A stretch of DNA of 64,000 nucleotides. Source: a bacterium. Lineage in GTDB: Bacteria > JAHJDO01. Under the pieces are notes generated by a model. That model had not been told where the DNA came from, ran no database searches, and saw only the letters and a list, made by a program, of their open reading frames with translations. The translations under genes were made by a program, and so were the position numbers. The DNA lies in contig JBDRTG010000007.1 in NCBI GenBank assembly GCA_043824255.1, forward strand, positions 13,896 through 77,895, written 5' to 3'. Below, piece after piece: positions 9,677 to 19,049 of this stretch (position 1 is the first letter of the stretch; each line of letters begins with the position of its first letter).

Positions 9677-10692
9677 TGCTTGTGAAGAGATTGTTTTATG
9701 ATAGCCATCTTTGAAGCCATTTTAATTGCTTCTATTAAACTTCTCTCATTTGCAATGCTCCGCCCAGCTATATCATATGCTGTTCCGTGGTCAGGAGATG
9801 TTCTGATAATTGGAAGTCCTATTGTTACGTTAACGCCTTTGCCAAAAGAGAGCATCTTAAAAGGTATAAGCCCTTGGTCATGATACATTGCCAAAATGAA
9901 ATCATATTTCTTATACTCAGAACTCGCAAAAAATGCATCAGCAGAGAAAGGGCCATGGACATTTATGCCACTTTTTAGAGCCTCATTGATTGCTGGTATA
10001 ATTTCCATTATTTCTTCGTTTCCAATAGCGCCTCCATCTCCGCAATGAGGATTTAGGCTAAGTACCGCAATACTTAACTTATGCATGCCAAACAGAAAAC
10101 TATTCTGATTTATCACATCAATTGCATCGAGTATATACTGTTTTTTTATTAAATTACTAATGTCTTTTATTTGAACATGTCGTGTTAGGGGAACAATGCG
10201 CATTTTCGGGCTTACAAGAACCATTGCATATTTATGCGTACCTGTGAGTGTTGCCAAGAATTCTGTCTGTCCTTTAAATTTAATACCTGCGGCATTAATT
10301 GCATATTTATTTACAGGGGCAGTTACAACTGCATCAATCTCATTATTAAGAGCAAATACAGCTGCGTCTTTTAAAAATTCAATAGCAGCTTTGGCTTGTA
10401 ATGGATTTGGTTTGCCAAGTATTATGTTTTTTAATTTCAAATTCTGCGAATTAATCAAGTATGCTTTATCAGAACCATTTTTAATGTTTGAGGGATGATT
10501 TATGACCTCTATTTCATAGTTAATGCTTATTTTTTTAGTCTTATAGAGGGCTTCTTCAGTTCCGATTATAATTGGAGTACAGCACTTGTAGACTTGTTCA
10601 TTAGTTAGAGCCTTTACGACAACCTCCGGACCAATTCCTCCAGGGTCACCAAGAGTAATTGCAATTATAGGCTTTTGCACAAAATCTCTCAT
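9673..10692 (-). CDS. pdxA: 4-hydroxythreonine-4-phosphate dehydrogenase PdxA
   Basis: GDPGGIGPE, LNPHCGD, MYHDQGL, IRTSPDHGTA. Start moved to 10692 to avoid the 6S RNA. Confidence 0.93.
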   Translation of the reverse strand: MRDFVQKPIIAITLGDPGGIGPEVVVKALTNEQVYKCCTPIIIGTEEALYKTKKISINYEIEVINHPSNIKNGSDKAYLINSQNLKLKNIILGKPNPLQAKAAIEFLKDAAVFALNNEIDAVVTAPVNKYAINAAGIKFKGQTEFLATLTGTHKYAMVLVSPKMRIVPLTRHVQIKDISNLIKKQYILDAIDVINQNSFLFGMHKLSIAVLSLNPHCGDGGAIGNEEIMEIIPAINEALKSGINVHGPFSADAFFASSEYKKYDFILAMYHDQGLIPFKMLSFGKGVNVTIGLPIIRTSPDHGTAYDIAGRSIANERSLIEAIKMASKMAIIKQSLHKQ

Positions 10693-10698
10693 AAAAAA

Positions 10699-10863
10699 AT
10701 TCCCCGCCAAATGCCGTCTAAATAGGGTCGTTTTGAAGCCGCTAAGGCCACGTGGGTGCTCTCTTAAATGTTCAATGCAATTGCATATCCCACCAAATAC
10801 GAACTCCCATTTTCTTACTGTTGGCTCAAAATAACCAAACTTATAACAAACACAGCAGGGAAT
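10699..10863 (-). ncRNA. ssrS: 6S RNA
   Basis: About 165 nt immediately downstream of zapA (the classic location). 5' ATTCCCTGCTGTGTTTGT can pair with 3' GACGGCATTTGGCGGGGAAT; internal TTTTGAGCC and GGCTTCAAAA are complementary, giving a long rod. Confidence 0.85.
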
Positions 10864-10907
10864 ATTAAGTCATTATAACACAATTTATGATTATTTAAAG
10901 AGAAAAT

Positions 10908-11189
10908 TTATGTTTCCAGATTTGTTTTGTCTATTTTCTCAATTATATCATCAATTTTTTGTGCATGTTTTTCGTTTTTTTCTTTATATGAAAGGAATTC
11001 TTCTGTAATAAATAAGGCAGCCCAAGTAGTGATTTTAAGAGATGATGCTATATGTGTGTTGTTGGAGATTTCGCTTATTTTATTATTCAGATACTCTTCA
11101 ATTTTTCGAATCTGGGACGGGTCTTTATCAGTCTTAACTTTATATTCTGTGCCAAGTACACTGATTTTTATCTGTTGTTGATCTGACAT
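10908..11189 (-). CDS. zapA: Cell division protein ZapA
   Basis: IKISVLGTEYKV...YLNNKISEI...AALFITEE; 93 aa; precedes 6S RNA. Confidence 0.88.
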   Translation of the reverse strand: MSDQQQIKISVLGTEYKVKTDKDPSQIRKIEEYLNNKISEISNNTHIASSLKITTWAALFITEEFLSYKEKNEKHAQKIDDIIEKIDKTNLET

Positions 11190-11222
11190 AAATGATCTTT
11201 CACATCATATATAAGAAACTTA

Positions 11223-11630
11223 CTATCTCTTAGTAAATTGAAACTGTTTACGCGCGCCCTTTTGTCCGTATTTCTTTCTTTCTTTCTTTCTCGGATCACG
11301 GGTAAGGAACCCTGCTTTCTTTAAAGTATCCTTTAATCCTTCATCAGCCTTTACTAATGCTCTTGATATACCATGGCGAACTGCGCCTGCCTGACCAGAG
11401 CTTCCTCCGCCTTTAACACTTGCAAAGATATGATATTTTTCAAGAGTATTTGTTTCATGAAATGGCTGGCATATAATTATGCTTAATGTATCATTCCCAA
11501 AATAATCCTTATAAGGTTTTTTATTTATTATTATTTCTCCTTTTCCTTGAATTAATCTTATACGAGCGACAGATGTTTTTCGCCTGCCAGTAGAGTAGAA
11601 TACTTGTTTTGCTTTCGCTGCTTTCGCCAC
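11223..11630 (-). CDS. rpsI: 30S ribosomal protein S9
   Basis: [33 protein letters not shown]. Confidence 0.98.
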   Translation of the reverse strand: MAKAAKAKQVFYSTGRRKTSVARIRLIQGKGEIIINKKPYKDYFGNDTLSIIICQPFHETNTLEKYHIFASVKGGGSSGQAGAVRHGISRALVKADEGLKDTLKKAGFLTRDPRKKERKKYGQKGARKQFQFTKR

Positions 11631-11642
11631 AATAGATCTCCT

Positions 11643-12086
11643 TTATATTTCCATTTCTGCTGGGACAGGAACAGGTTTTTGAGCTTCCTGATTATGCTCT
11701 TTATCTGGATAGACCTTTAATTTTGTCAGCATTTTTCTACCGAGTTTATTTTTAGGAAGCATGCCTTTAACAGCTCTTTTTATAACTTCCTCCGGTTTTT
11801 TTTTCATCAGGTCAAAAAGGCGTGTCTCTTTAAGGCCTCCCGGATATCCTGAGTAGTGATAATAAACTTTTTGTTCCAGTTTTTTACCTGTTAGGCGAAC
11901 TTTAGCCGCATTAATAACAATTACATAGTCTCCAACATCAGCATGAGGGACATATATAGGTTTATGTTTCCCTCTGAGTATAGTTGCAACTTTAGACGCC
12001 AATCTCCCTAGAACCTTATCTTCTGCATTTACAATATACCATATTCTTTCTGTATTATCTTCTTTAGGAATAAATGTCTTTACCAT
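11643..12086 (-). CDS. rplM: 50S ribosomal protein L13
   Basis: LGRLAS...GKHKP...GDYVIVINA...HYSGYPGG. Confidence 0.98.
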   Translation of the reverse strand: MVKTFIPKEDNTERIWYIVNAEDKVLGRLASKVATILRGKHKPIYVPHADVGDYVIVINAAKVRLTGKKLEQKVYYHYSGYPGGLKETRLFDLMKKKPEEVIKRAVKGMLPKNKLGRKMLTKLKVYPDKEHNQEAQKPVPVPAEMEI

Positions 12087-12098
12087 CTTGATCTCCTA

Positions 12099-12443
12099 TT
12101 ACCCATTTTTGATTTTATCTAAAAATTCGTTTTCATTAAAGTCAGGGTCATATATTGTGTTTTTTAGCTCATGTACCGGATGCAATTTTTGCATATGAGT
12201 TAATAGCTTTAATCGTTTCAGCGCTTTATCCTTTTTGAATAATTTCTTTCCTTGAGGTGTCTCAGCATCTATTTCGAGGAGTCCAGTCTGGATATAATTT
12301 TGGATTGAAAAAAAAGAAATTTTTGTCTCTGTCACAAGCTCTCTATCCTCAATGTAACCCCTTCGTTTTCTCTCAGCAATGGGCACATTTAATTCCTGAA
12401 AACCCTTGCTTTTCCTCATGTCTCTATCAGTTTTAATAGCCAT
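12099..12443 (-). CDS. Small MerR-like winged-helix protein
   Basis: ELVTETKISFFSIQNYIQTGLL...TPQGKKLF...LKRLKLL resembles the MerR HTH/wing pattern; no obvious effector domain. Confidence 0.5.
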   Translation of the reverse strand: MAIKTDRDMRKSKGFQELNVPIAERKRRGYIEDRELVTETKISFFSIQNYIQTGLLEIDAETPQGKKLFKKDKALKRLKLLTHMQKLHPVHELKNTIYDPDFNENEFLDKIKNG

Positions 12444-12448
12444 TAACT

Positions 12449-13033
12449 TTACTTCTTCTTCGTGATTACCTCATCAATAATACCATACTGCTTGGCTTGT
12501 TCAGCTGACATAAAGAAGTCTCTATCTGTATCAGTTTCTATTTTTTCTATTGGCTGTCCTGTATGTTTTGCGAGAATATTATTTACTTTCTCTTTTAAGT
12601 CAAGCATTTCTTTTGCATGAATATTAATATCTGACACCTGTCCCTGCATAGCTCCTGAAGGTTGATGAATAAGAACACGTGCATTCGGGAGAGACATTCT
12701 TTTTCCTTTTGTCCCTGCAGCGAGTAATATGGCAGCGGCACTTGCTGCCTGCCCCATGCAAATAGTAGAAATATCTGATTTCACGAACTGCATAGTGTCG
12801 TATATCGCTAATCCCGCAGTAGCTACTCCTCCGGGACTGTTTATATAAATGGTTATGTCTTTATCCGGAGCTTCAAATTCCAGATACAATATCTGCGCAA
12901 TTACAACATTAGCTACGTTATCATCTATAGGAGTTCCAATAATTATATTTCTGTCTTTTAATAATCTTGAATAAATGTCATATGCACGTTCGGTTCTGCC
13001 TGTCTGCTCTATTACCATTGGAATTAAACTCAT
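12449..13033 (-). CDS. clpP: ATP-dependent Clp protease proteolytic subunit
   Basis: [35 protein letters not shown]. Confidence 0.97.
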   Translation of the reverse strand: MSLIPMVIEQTGRTERAYDIYSRLLKDRNIIIGTPIDDNVANVVIAQILYLEFEAPDKDITIYINSPGGVATAGLAIYDTMQFVKSDISTICMGQAASAAAILLAAGTKGKRMSLPNARVLIHQPSGAMQGQVSDINIHAKEMLDLKEKVNNILAKHTGQPIEKIETDTDRDFFMSAEQAKQYGIIDEVITKKK

Positions 13034-13091
13034 AACACTACCTCCATCAGGCTACGTGCCTGCAGCAATTATTAATTTTAAATTCTTAATT

Positions 13092-14309
13092 TCAAATTGA
13101 AATTTTGGCGTTTTCGTATATAAAGTCAAGAATTTTCTGTCTTTTCATTTGCCTTTGTATATATTCAATGTAGTTGTCCATATTGGCTGTTTTATTATCG
13201 CCTGCCAGATTCTGAAGCTTTTGCTTTGCGTCTTCTTCACTAACATCTATTTTTTCTTTTTCAGCAATCTCCTCCAGAACAAGCATTTTTTTTACGTCCA
13301 TAGTTGCTTCTTTTGAATATTTCTCTTTCCATTTATTCTTGTCAGTGTCTTTTTCTCTTCTGCTGGTACCTATATAATCTATTTGTTTATCTAAAAGTCC
13401 TCCCGGAATTAACATCTTAGAGTTTTCACTAACTATGTCTAATAATTGTTCTTTAATATCTGCTTTTTGTTTGTCTTCAGCAACGCTTTTAAGTTTCTTC
13501 CGAATATCATCTTTGAACTCATTAAGGGTTTTAAAATTACCCAATTCCTTTGCAAAATCGTCGTTAATCGGTAGAAGCTTTTTCTCTTTTACCTGTCTAA
13601 TAGTTATTTTATAAATAGTTTTTATGCCTTTTTCTTTTGAAATTACTTCAACTTCTTTCTTATCGTCTATTTTTGTCCCAACGAGTTCTTTTTCTACTTT
13701 TTCAGGAAGAATTTTAGAACCTAATACATATGGAGCATTAGCCTGTTTTTTTGATGGTACACCATCAGTGATTAGCTCATAATCTATTATTATTTGATCA
13801 CTGACTTTTGCAGGCCGATTGACCGGAACAAATTCCGCGCCCTGCTCTTGTCTCACTTTCAATGCATTGTTAACGTCATCATCAGAAACATTAACAGATT
13901 TTACAGACATTTCTAGTCCTTTGTAATTGGCAAGTTTTATATCAGGCTTTACTTCTAAAGACATCTCATAGGTAAATGGCTTTTCTTCTTCAAAAGTGAC
14001 CTTATCTATCTTGGGCTCAGAAACAGGGATTAGATTATTATTTTTAAGTATATCCTGATAAGTTTGATTAATGAGTTTCTCCTTAATTTCCTCCTTTAGT
14101 ACTTTCTCGAAGCGGATCTTTAAAATAGAATATGGGGTTTTGCCTGTCCTGAATCCATGTACGGATGCAGTCTTTTGGAGGGCTTTATATGCATTTTTTG
14201 CCTCTTTCTCAACTAGTTCAACAGGCACTTCAATCTTTAAGAGACGGCCGCAATTTCCAATATCCTGTATATCCACCTTAACATCGTTACTGCTGCTAGT
14301 ATCTGTCAT
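13092..14309 (-). CDS. tig: Trigger factor
   Basis: GFRTGKTP ribosome-binding motif, FKBP-like middle domain, upstream of clpP. Confidence 0.93.
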   Translation of the reverse strand: MTDTSSSNDVKVDIQDIGNCGRLLKIEVPVELVEKEAKNAYKALQKTASVHGFRTGKTPYSILKIRFEKVLKEEIKEKLINQTYQDILKNNNLIPVSEPKIDKVTFEEEKPFTYEMSLEVKPDIKLANYKGLEMSVKSVNVSDDDVNNALKVRQEQGAEFVPVNRPAKVSDQIIIDYELITDGVPSKKQANAPYVLGSKILPEKVEKELVGTKIDDKKEVEVISKEKGIKTIYKITIRQVKEKKLLPINDDFAKELGNFKTLNEFKDDIRKKLKSVAEDKQKADIKEQLLDIVSENSKMLIPGGLLDKQIDYIGTSRREKDTDKNKWKEKYSKEATMDVKKMLVLEEIAEKEKIDVSEEDAKQKLQNLAGDNKTANMDNYIEYIQRQMKRQKILDFIYENAKISI

Positions 14310-14355
14310 TGTTCCTTCCTTGTTTTATTCTTCTAGTTCAAAATCCTTCCGTCAG

Positions 14356-14427
14356 AGCGGGTGATGAGATTCGAACCCACGACCACTTCGTTGGCAACGA
14401 AGGGCTCTACCACTGAGCTACACCCGC
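14356..14427 (-). tRNA. tRNA-Gly(GCC)
   Basis: GCGGGTGTAGCTCAGTGGTAGAGC...CTTCG-TTGCCAA-CGAAG...GGTTCGAATC...CACCCGCT; CCA not encoded. Confidence 0.95.
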
Positions 14428-14441
14428 GTAAAACTTACCAG

Positions 14442-14525
14442 TGCGAGAGGCGGGAGTTGAACCCGCATCCCTGTAAAGGGACTAGATCCTAAATCTAGCG
14501 CGTATGCCAGTTCCGCCACCCTCGC
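14442..14525 (-). tRNA. tRNA-Leu(TAG)
   Basis: GCGAGGGTGGCGGAACTGGCATACGCG, CTAGA-TTTAGGA-TCTAG, long variable arm, GGTTCAACTCC; CCA not encoded. Confidence 0.95.
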
Positions 14526-14531
14526 TCTTAG

Positions 14532-14604
14532 TAGGCCGTGAGGGAATCGAACCCACAACCAACGGATTAAGAGTCCGCTGCTCTGCCAATTGAGCTAACG
14601 ACCC
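14532..14604 (-). tRNA. tRNA-Lys(CTT)
   Basis: GGGTCGTTAGCTCAATTGGCAGAGC, anticodon loop CTCTTAA, GGTTCGATTCC; CCA not encoded. Confidence 0.95.
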
Positions 14605-14711
14605 CAATAATTTTGTTATTATACAGATTTTTTTAATGATGGCAATGGAAAGTTTCGGGAGTTACCCTATTTTTTATTGACCTGTGTAAATGCCTTTGAT
14701 AGTATACGATT

Positions 14712-15590
14712 ATGCCAAAAAGGATTAAAAAAACCGGGCTAAAGTTTGTTTTAGTTTTACTAATATCATTATTTATTTGCAGTATAACACATGCTGAAGA
14801 GACAGTAATAAAATCATTAGACCTCGGATTTATACCATTTAAATCCTTTGAAGAAGCAGCAAAACCCTTCCTATCCAAAGAGGGGAAAATGGTCTATTTT
14901 GCACCTACAAATAAAATTGTAGTAGTTGATTATCCTAAAAACTGTAAGAATATTTCTGATCTATTAACAAATCTACAAATGAACATTAAAAACGTGGAAA
15001 TAAAAGTAGAATTTATTGAACATTCCTTAGAGAATGTTTCAGAAGCTAAGGCAAAAGCCAGATACAGTGAAAAAAACTGGGAAATTACTACTGGTGGTAT
15101 GGCTGTTGGAACTGATAATAGAGGATTCCATGGAACTTTTTCGGCGGGAATTGGAAAGGAAAAATCTGAGCGCGCTACAACCCAGATAATATCAGTTCTT
15201 GATAGACATACAGGTCGGTTCCTTGTAGTTGAGGAATACCCACAATTGGAGTGGTTTAGAACCTATGGAATAGCTAATCATTTGATTGACGCAGGACTTA
15301 CTTACAAAAGTATTGGGGCAAAACTTGCTGTTATGCCTGTGGTTCAAGGTAATCTCATAAAAGTATCACTGACTCCAGAATTGAGCTATTTTACAGATAG
15401 GGGAACTAAAACTGTAAAAGTTAATACATTAACTACTACAGTTGTTGTTCGCAGTGGACAGTCAATATGCATTGGAGGATATTCTTCAAGTAATAAGGAT
15501 TTTTCAATGCATTTCTTCAGAAAAATCGGCAAGTCCGGTAAAATTGTAACCTTCGATATTATCCTGACTCCAAAAATAAAGGAACCATAA
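14712..15590 (+). CDS. Short secretin-like protein (NolW/N3-like domain plus reduced secretin domain)
   Basis: Signal peptide; TNKIVVVDYP (NolW-like); NVEIKVEF; GAKLAVMPVV...LTPE; TTTVVVRSGQSICIGG. Confidence 0.65.
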   Translation: MPKRIKKTGLKFVLVLLISLFICSITHAEETVIKSLDLGFIPFKSFEEAAKPFLSKEGKMVYFAPTNKIVVVDYPKNCKNISDLLTNLQMNIKNVEIKVEFIEHSLENVSEAKAKARYSEKNWEITTGGMAVGTDNRGFHGTFSAGIGKEKSERATTQIISVLDRHTGRFLVVEEYPQLEWFRTYGIANHLIDAGLTYKSIGAKLAVMPVVQGNLIKVSLTPELSYFTDRGTKTVKVNTLTTTVVVRSGQSICIGGYSSSNKDFSMHFFRKIGKSGKIVTFDIILTPKIKEP

Positions 15591-15603
15591 AGGTTTTTAA
15601 GTT

Positions 15604-16356
15604 TTACTGTTTTACTATTGCCTTCGTCGGGCATTTTTTAATACATTCGCCGCAGTTGGTGCATTTTTTGGGGTCTATTACTGCTAGATTGTTCTCTAAG
15701 GTTATTGCATCTAGCGGACATGCCTTAATGCATACGCCACATCCAATACAGGCAGCTTTACAAACTGCTCTTGCGTCTTTTCCCTTATCTCTGTTGCTGC
15801 ACACAACATAAACTTCCTGATTTTTGGGAACAAGTTTAATAATATTTTTTGGACATACTTCTATGCATTTTTCACACATTTTACAAAGGTCTTTGTCAAA
15901 TACAGGTATGCCTTGTTTAAGAGAAATTGCTCCAAATGGACATATTTTAGCGCAATCCCCAAACCCTAGGCATCCATAATCGCATGAGTTGTTTCCACCA
16001 CTGAGGAGCATAGCAGCTTTACATGTTTTAATACCAATATAAAGAAATTTTCTCTGCTGATTAGCAGTCCTTTGACACAGGAGAATCGGGGAAGTTTTGG
16101 AAATTAGTTCTGTCTCTTTTTTATCCATAAGCACACATTCGTCAGGTAAAGCTTTGCCATCTGCAACGGCTCTGGCAAAGCCCATACAGCCTGTAAACCC
16201 ACACGCACCGCAGTTGCTTCCCGGCAGATTATCTATGATGCTTTTGAGTTTTGGATCAATCCTTACCGCGAATTTTCTTGATGCATAGCCAAGTACAAGA
16301 CCAAAGACCAGTCCAAGTCCTCCAAGAAGCAGAGTTGCTGTTAAAATGGTTTGCAT
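15604..16356 (-). CDS. rnfB: Rnf complex subunit B
   Basis: LPGSNCGACGFTGC plus several CxxCxxCxxxCP motifs. Start moved to MQTILTA. Confidence 0.93.
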   Translation of the reverse strand: MQTILTATLLLGGLGLVFGLVLGYASRKFAVRIDPKLKSIIDNLPGSNCGACGFTGCMGFARAVADGKALPDECVLMDKKETELISKTSPILLCQRTANQQRKFLYIGIKTCKAAMLLSGGNNSCDYGCLGFGDCAKICPFGAISLKQGIPVFDKDLCKMCEKCIEVCPKNIIKLVPKNQEVYVVCSNRDKGKDARAVCKAACIGCGVCIKACPLDAITLENNLAVIDPKKCTNCGECIKKCPTKAIVKQ

Positions 16357-16370
16357 ATTGAACCTTTTTA

Positions 16371-16958
16371 TTATTGAGAAACTAAACCGGTAAATCCCAT
16401 AAAAGCAAGTGACATTAAACCAGCTATGATAAACGCAATTGGTATACCTCTCATGCACTCAGGCACGTCGGTTATATCCAGCCTTTCCCTTATTGCAGAC
16501 ATAAGAAGTAATGCAATAGTAAAACCCACACCAGCGCCCAGACCATTTATAATACTACCTATAAAACCAAGATTAGAATCACTATTAATTGTTGCTACAC
16601 CGAGAACAGCACAGTTTGTAGTAATAAGAGGAAGGTATATTCCCAATGCTTGTTGAAGAGCAGGGCTTATTTTAGCAATGACCATTTCCACAAACTGAAC
16701 CAGTGTTGCAATAACGAGAATAAAGGTAATTGTTTGTAAAAATGTTATATTTAATGGGATTAACAAGTAATGCTGTATAACCCATGTAGCCATTGATGCA
16801 ATGGTCATGACAAAAATTACAGCCATCCCCATTCCAAATGCAGCGGAACTTTTTTTAGAAACACCTAAGAATGGGCATATGCCAAGAAATCTATTTAATA
16901 CATAGTTATTTACCAGAGCTGCAGAAAGGAATATTATAAATAATTTAGTAAAAAGCAT
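16371..16958 (-). CDS. rnfA: Rnf complex subunit A
   Basis: FLGICPFLGVSKK, YLPLITTNCAVLG. Confidence 0.96.
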   Translation of the reverse strand: MLFTKLFIIFLSAALVNNYVLNRFLGICPFLGVSKKSSAAFGMGMAVIFVMTIASMATWVIQHYLLIPLNITFLQTITFILVIATLVQFVEMVIAKISPALQQALGIYLPLITTNCAVLGVATINSDSNLGFIGSIINGLGAGVGFTIALLLMSAIRERLDITDVPECMRGIPIAFIIAGLMSLAFMGFTGLVSQ

Positions 16959-16961
16959 CGT

Positions 16962-17558
16962 TTACTCTTTCCTTTTTTTTGCCAGACTATTGAATAATCC
17001 AAGGAATAGACCGAGAGCTATAAATGCTCCTGGGGGGAGTATCATTATTATCACAGGATTGAATCCAGCTCCCAATACATGATATCCCCAGATTGTTCCG
17101 GCTCCAAGTATTTCTCTTGTAGCTCCAAGAAGCGCAAGTGCGCCTGTAAATCCTATTCCCATACCCAATGCGTCCATGATTGAAGGGAAAACAGGATTTT
17201 TTGATGCAAAAGCCTCTGCTCTGCCAAGTATAATACAGTTTACAACAATCAATGGAATAAATATCCCGAGGGATTTGTTTAATGCAGGAAAATATGCCTG
17301 CATTATAAGTTCTACTATAGTTACAAAAGTAGCAATGATCACAATAAACGCAGGAATGCGAATATTTGATGGTATAAGCTTTCGGAATAGAGAAACAAGT
17401 ATATTGGACCCTAAAAGCACAAAGGTAGTAGCTGCTCCCATGCCTATGGCATTTACCAGCGAGGTTGAAACAGCAAGTGTTGGACACATGCCCAGAATGA
17501 GCCGAAACGTGGGATTCTCTGCAAAAATACCTCTTGTAAAATCTTGTTTAAGGCTCAT
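16962..17558 (-). CDS. rnfE: Rnf complex subunit E
   Basis: LGMCPTLAV, FIPLIVVNCIILGRAE. Confidence 0.96.
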   Translation of the reverse strand: MSLKQDFTRGIFAENPTFRLILGMCPTLAVSTSLVNAIGMGAATTFVLLGSNILVSLFRKLIPSNIRIPAFIVIIATFVTIVELIMQAYFPALNKSLGIFIPLIVVNCIILGRAEAFASKNPVFPSIMDALGMGIGFTGALALLGATREILGAGTIWGYHVLGAGFNPVIIMILPPGAFIALGLFLGLFNSLAKKRKE

Positions 17559-17560
17559 TT

Positions 17561-18100
17561 TTATTTTCTCTCAATCTTTAAAAATTCTGTTATAGATTTT
17601 TGCACAGCTTCACTAACAGCACGCGATGATATAGTAGCTCCAGTGAGTGCATCAATAGTTCCTTTGCTGGAATCCTTTTTTAGTAAAACCTGTTTCAAGG
17701 TTTTGTTCATAAACTGATTTGCGAACTTCTTTCTTTTTATTCTTGTCCCAAGACCTGGAGTTTCATTTTGACTTGTGATTCTAATAGATTTAATTGTTTT
17801 GCTCAGATTCATGCCCACTTTAATTTTAATTGTGCTGCCAAATCCTTTCCCAGATGCATCGATTGCATATCCTATTAACTTATTCTTTGTATAAACTTTA
17901 TAATAAGCATAGTTGTCTTTACCAGTAGTTAGGTTAAAGCTTGTTGCTTCTGAGAAAATGTCCTTTAGAGCTTTTTCTTCTTCTAGTTTAACTCGTTTTG
18001 CAATTGGTTCCTTTGTAACAGTATAGATTATACCTAGAATTGTACCCGAGATAGTGGCAATTATAAGCAGACTCGCTGATAATTTTAATATGTTACGCAT
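17561..18100 (-). CDS. rnfG: Rnf complex subunit G
   Basis: ETPGLG and the FMN-attachment motif TGATISS. Confidence 0.95.
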   Translation of the reverse strand: MRNILKLSASLLIIATISGTILGIIYTVTKEPIAKRVKLEEEKALKDIFSEATSFNLTTGKDNYAYYKVYTKNKLIGYAIDASGKGFGSTIKIKVGMNLSKTIKSIRITSQNETPGLGTRIKRKKFANQFMNKTLKQVLLKKDSSKGTIDALTGATISSRAVSEAVQKSITEFLKIERK

Positions 18101-19049
18101 TTATTTCCCCAAATTTTCTGGGTATTGTCCATTTCCATCTGTCTATTAATGGAGTTACAGCATTCATCAATAATATGGAGTAGCATACTCCTTCAGGATA
18201 TCCGCCTTTCAACCTTATCAAAACCACTATTATCCCAGCCCCTAATCCGAATATAATTTTACCCTTGGGTGTTATAGGGGTTGTTACATAATCTGTTGCC
18301 ATGAAGAAAGCGCCAAGAATTAATCCTCCACTCAGTATGCTGAATAATGCGTCTCCTGTGAATAAGCCGTTATGGCCGAATATCCAGGAAAGCAGTGCTA
18401 CACACCCAATGTAAGAAACAGGAATATGCCATGAAATTCGTTTTCTTATAAATAAAAATATTGCGCCCAGCAGCAGGGCAAAAGCAGATGTCTCTCCGAT
18501 ACATCCTCCTACATTCCCGATAAACAGGCTCCAGTTGGAAGGAAGTTCTTGAGCCAGATTAAGCTTTACTATTGCTAATGGAGTTGCGCAGGTTTCAGCA
18601 TCAATTCTTCCGAACCAGCCTGGTTGTGGTGCCAGCCATGTGGTCATAAAACCAGGCCATGAAGCCACGAGTATTGCTCTGCCTATAAGTGCCGGGTTGA
18701 ATATATTGCGTCCAAGACCGCCAAATACTTCTTTTCCCAGTATAACAGCACATGCAGTTCCAACAGCAGGCAGCCATAAAGGTACGCCAGGAGGTATTAT
18801 CATAGCTAATAAAAGACCCGTTACAATACCACTGCCATTTGATATAGTTTTGCGTCCTCTTATTTTGGATATGGTCGCCTCAGTTATTACGGCTGTGGAG
18901 ATGCTTATTACGACTGGATACAGCACTTGTGTGCCGAAAAAATAAATTCCCATACCGAGTGCGGGCACAAGAGCTATTATAACATCCCACATTATCTTTT
19001 TGACGGATAAATTAGAATGGATATGCGGGGATGCTGAAAGAGTATACAT
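18093..19049 (-). CDS. rnfD: Rnf complex subunit D
   Basis: SPH N-terminus, FGGLGRNIFNPA, TCATPL, GETS, MATD. Start at MYTLSASPH. Confidence 0.95.
   Translation of the reverse strand: MYTLSASPHIHSNLSVKKIMWDVIIALVPALGMGIYFFGTQVLYPVVISISTAVITEATISKIRGRKTISNGSGIVTGLLLAMIIPPGVPLWLPAVGTACAVILGKEVFGGLGRNIFNPALIGRAILVASWPGFMTTWLAPQPGWFGRIDAETCATPLAIVKLNLAQELPSNWSLFIGNVGGCIGETSAFALLLGAIFLFIRKRISWHIPVSYIGCVALLSWIFGHNGLFTGDALFSILSGGLILGAFFMATDYVTTPITPKGKIIFGLGAGIIVVLIRLKGGYPEGVCYSILLMNAVTPLIDRWKWTIPRKFGEINA

Noticed and set aside
10693..10710. Upstream pdxA start given by the ORF track
   Set aside because: Falls inside the 6S RNA closing stem.
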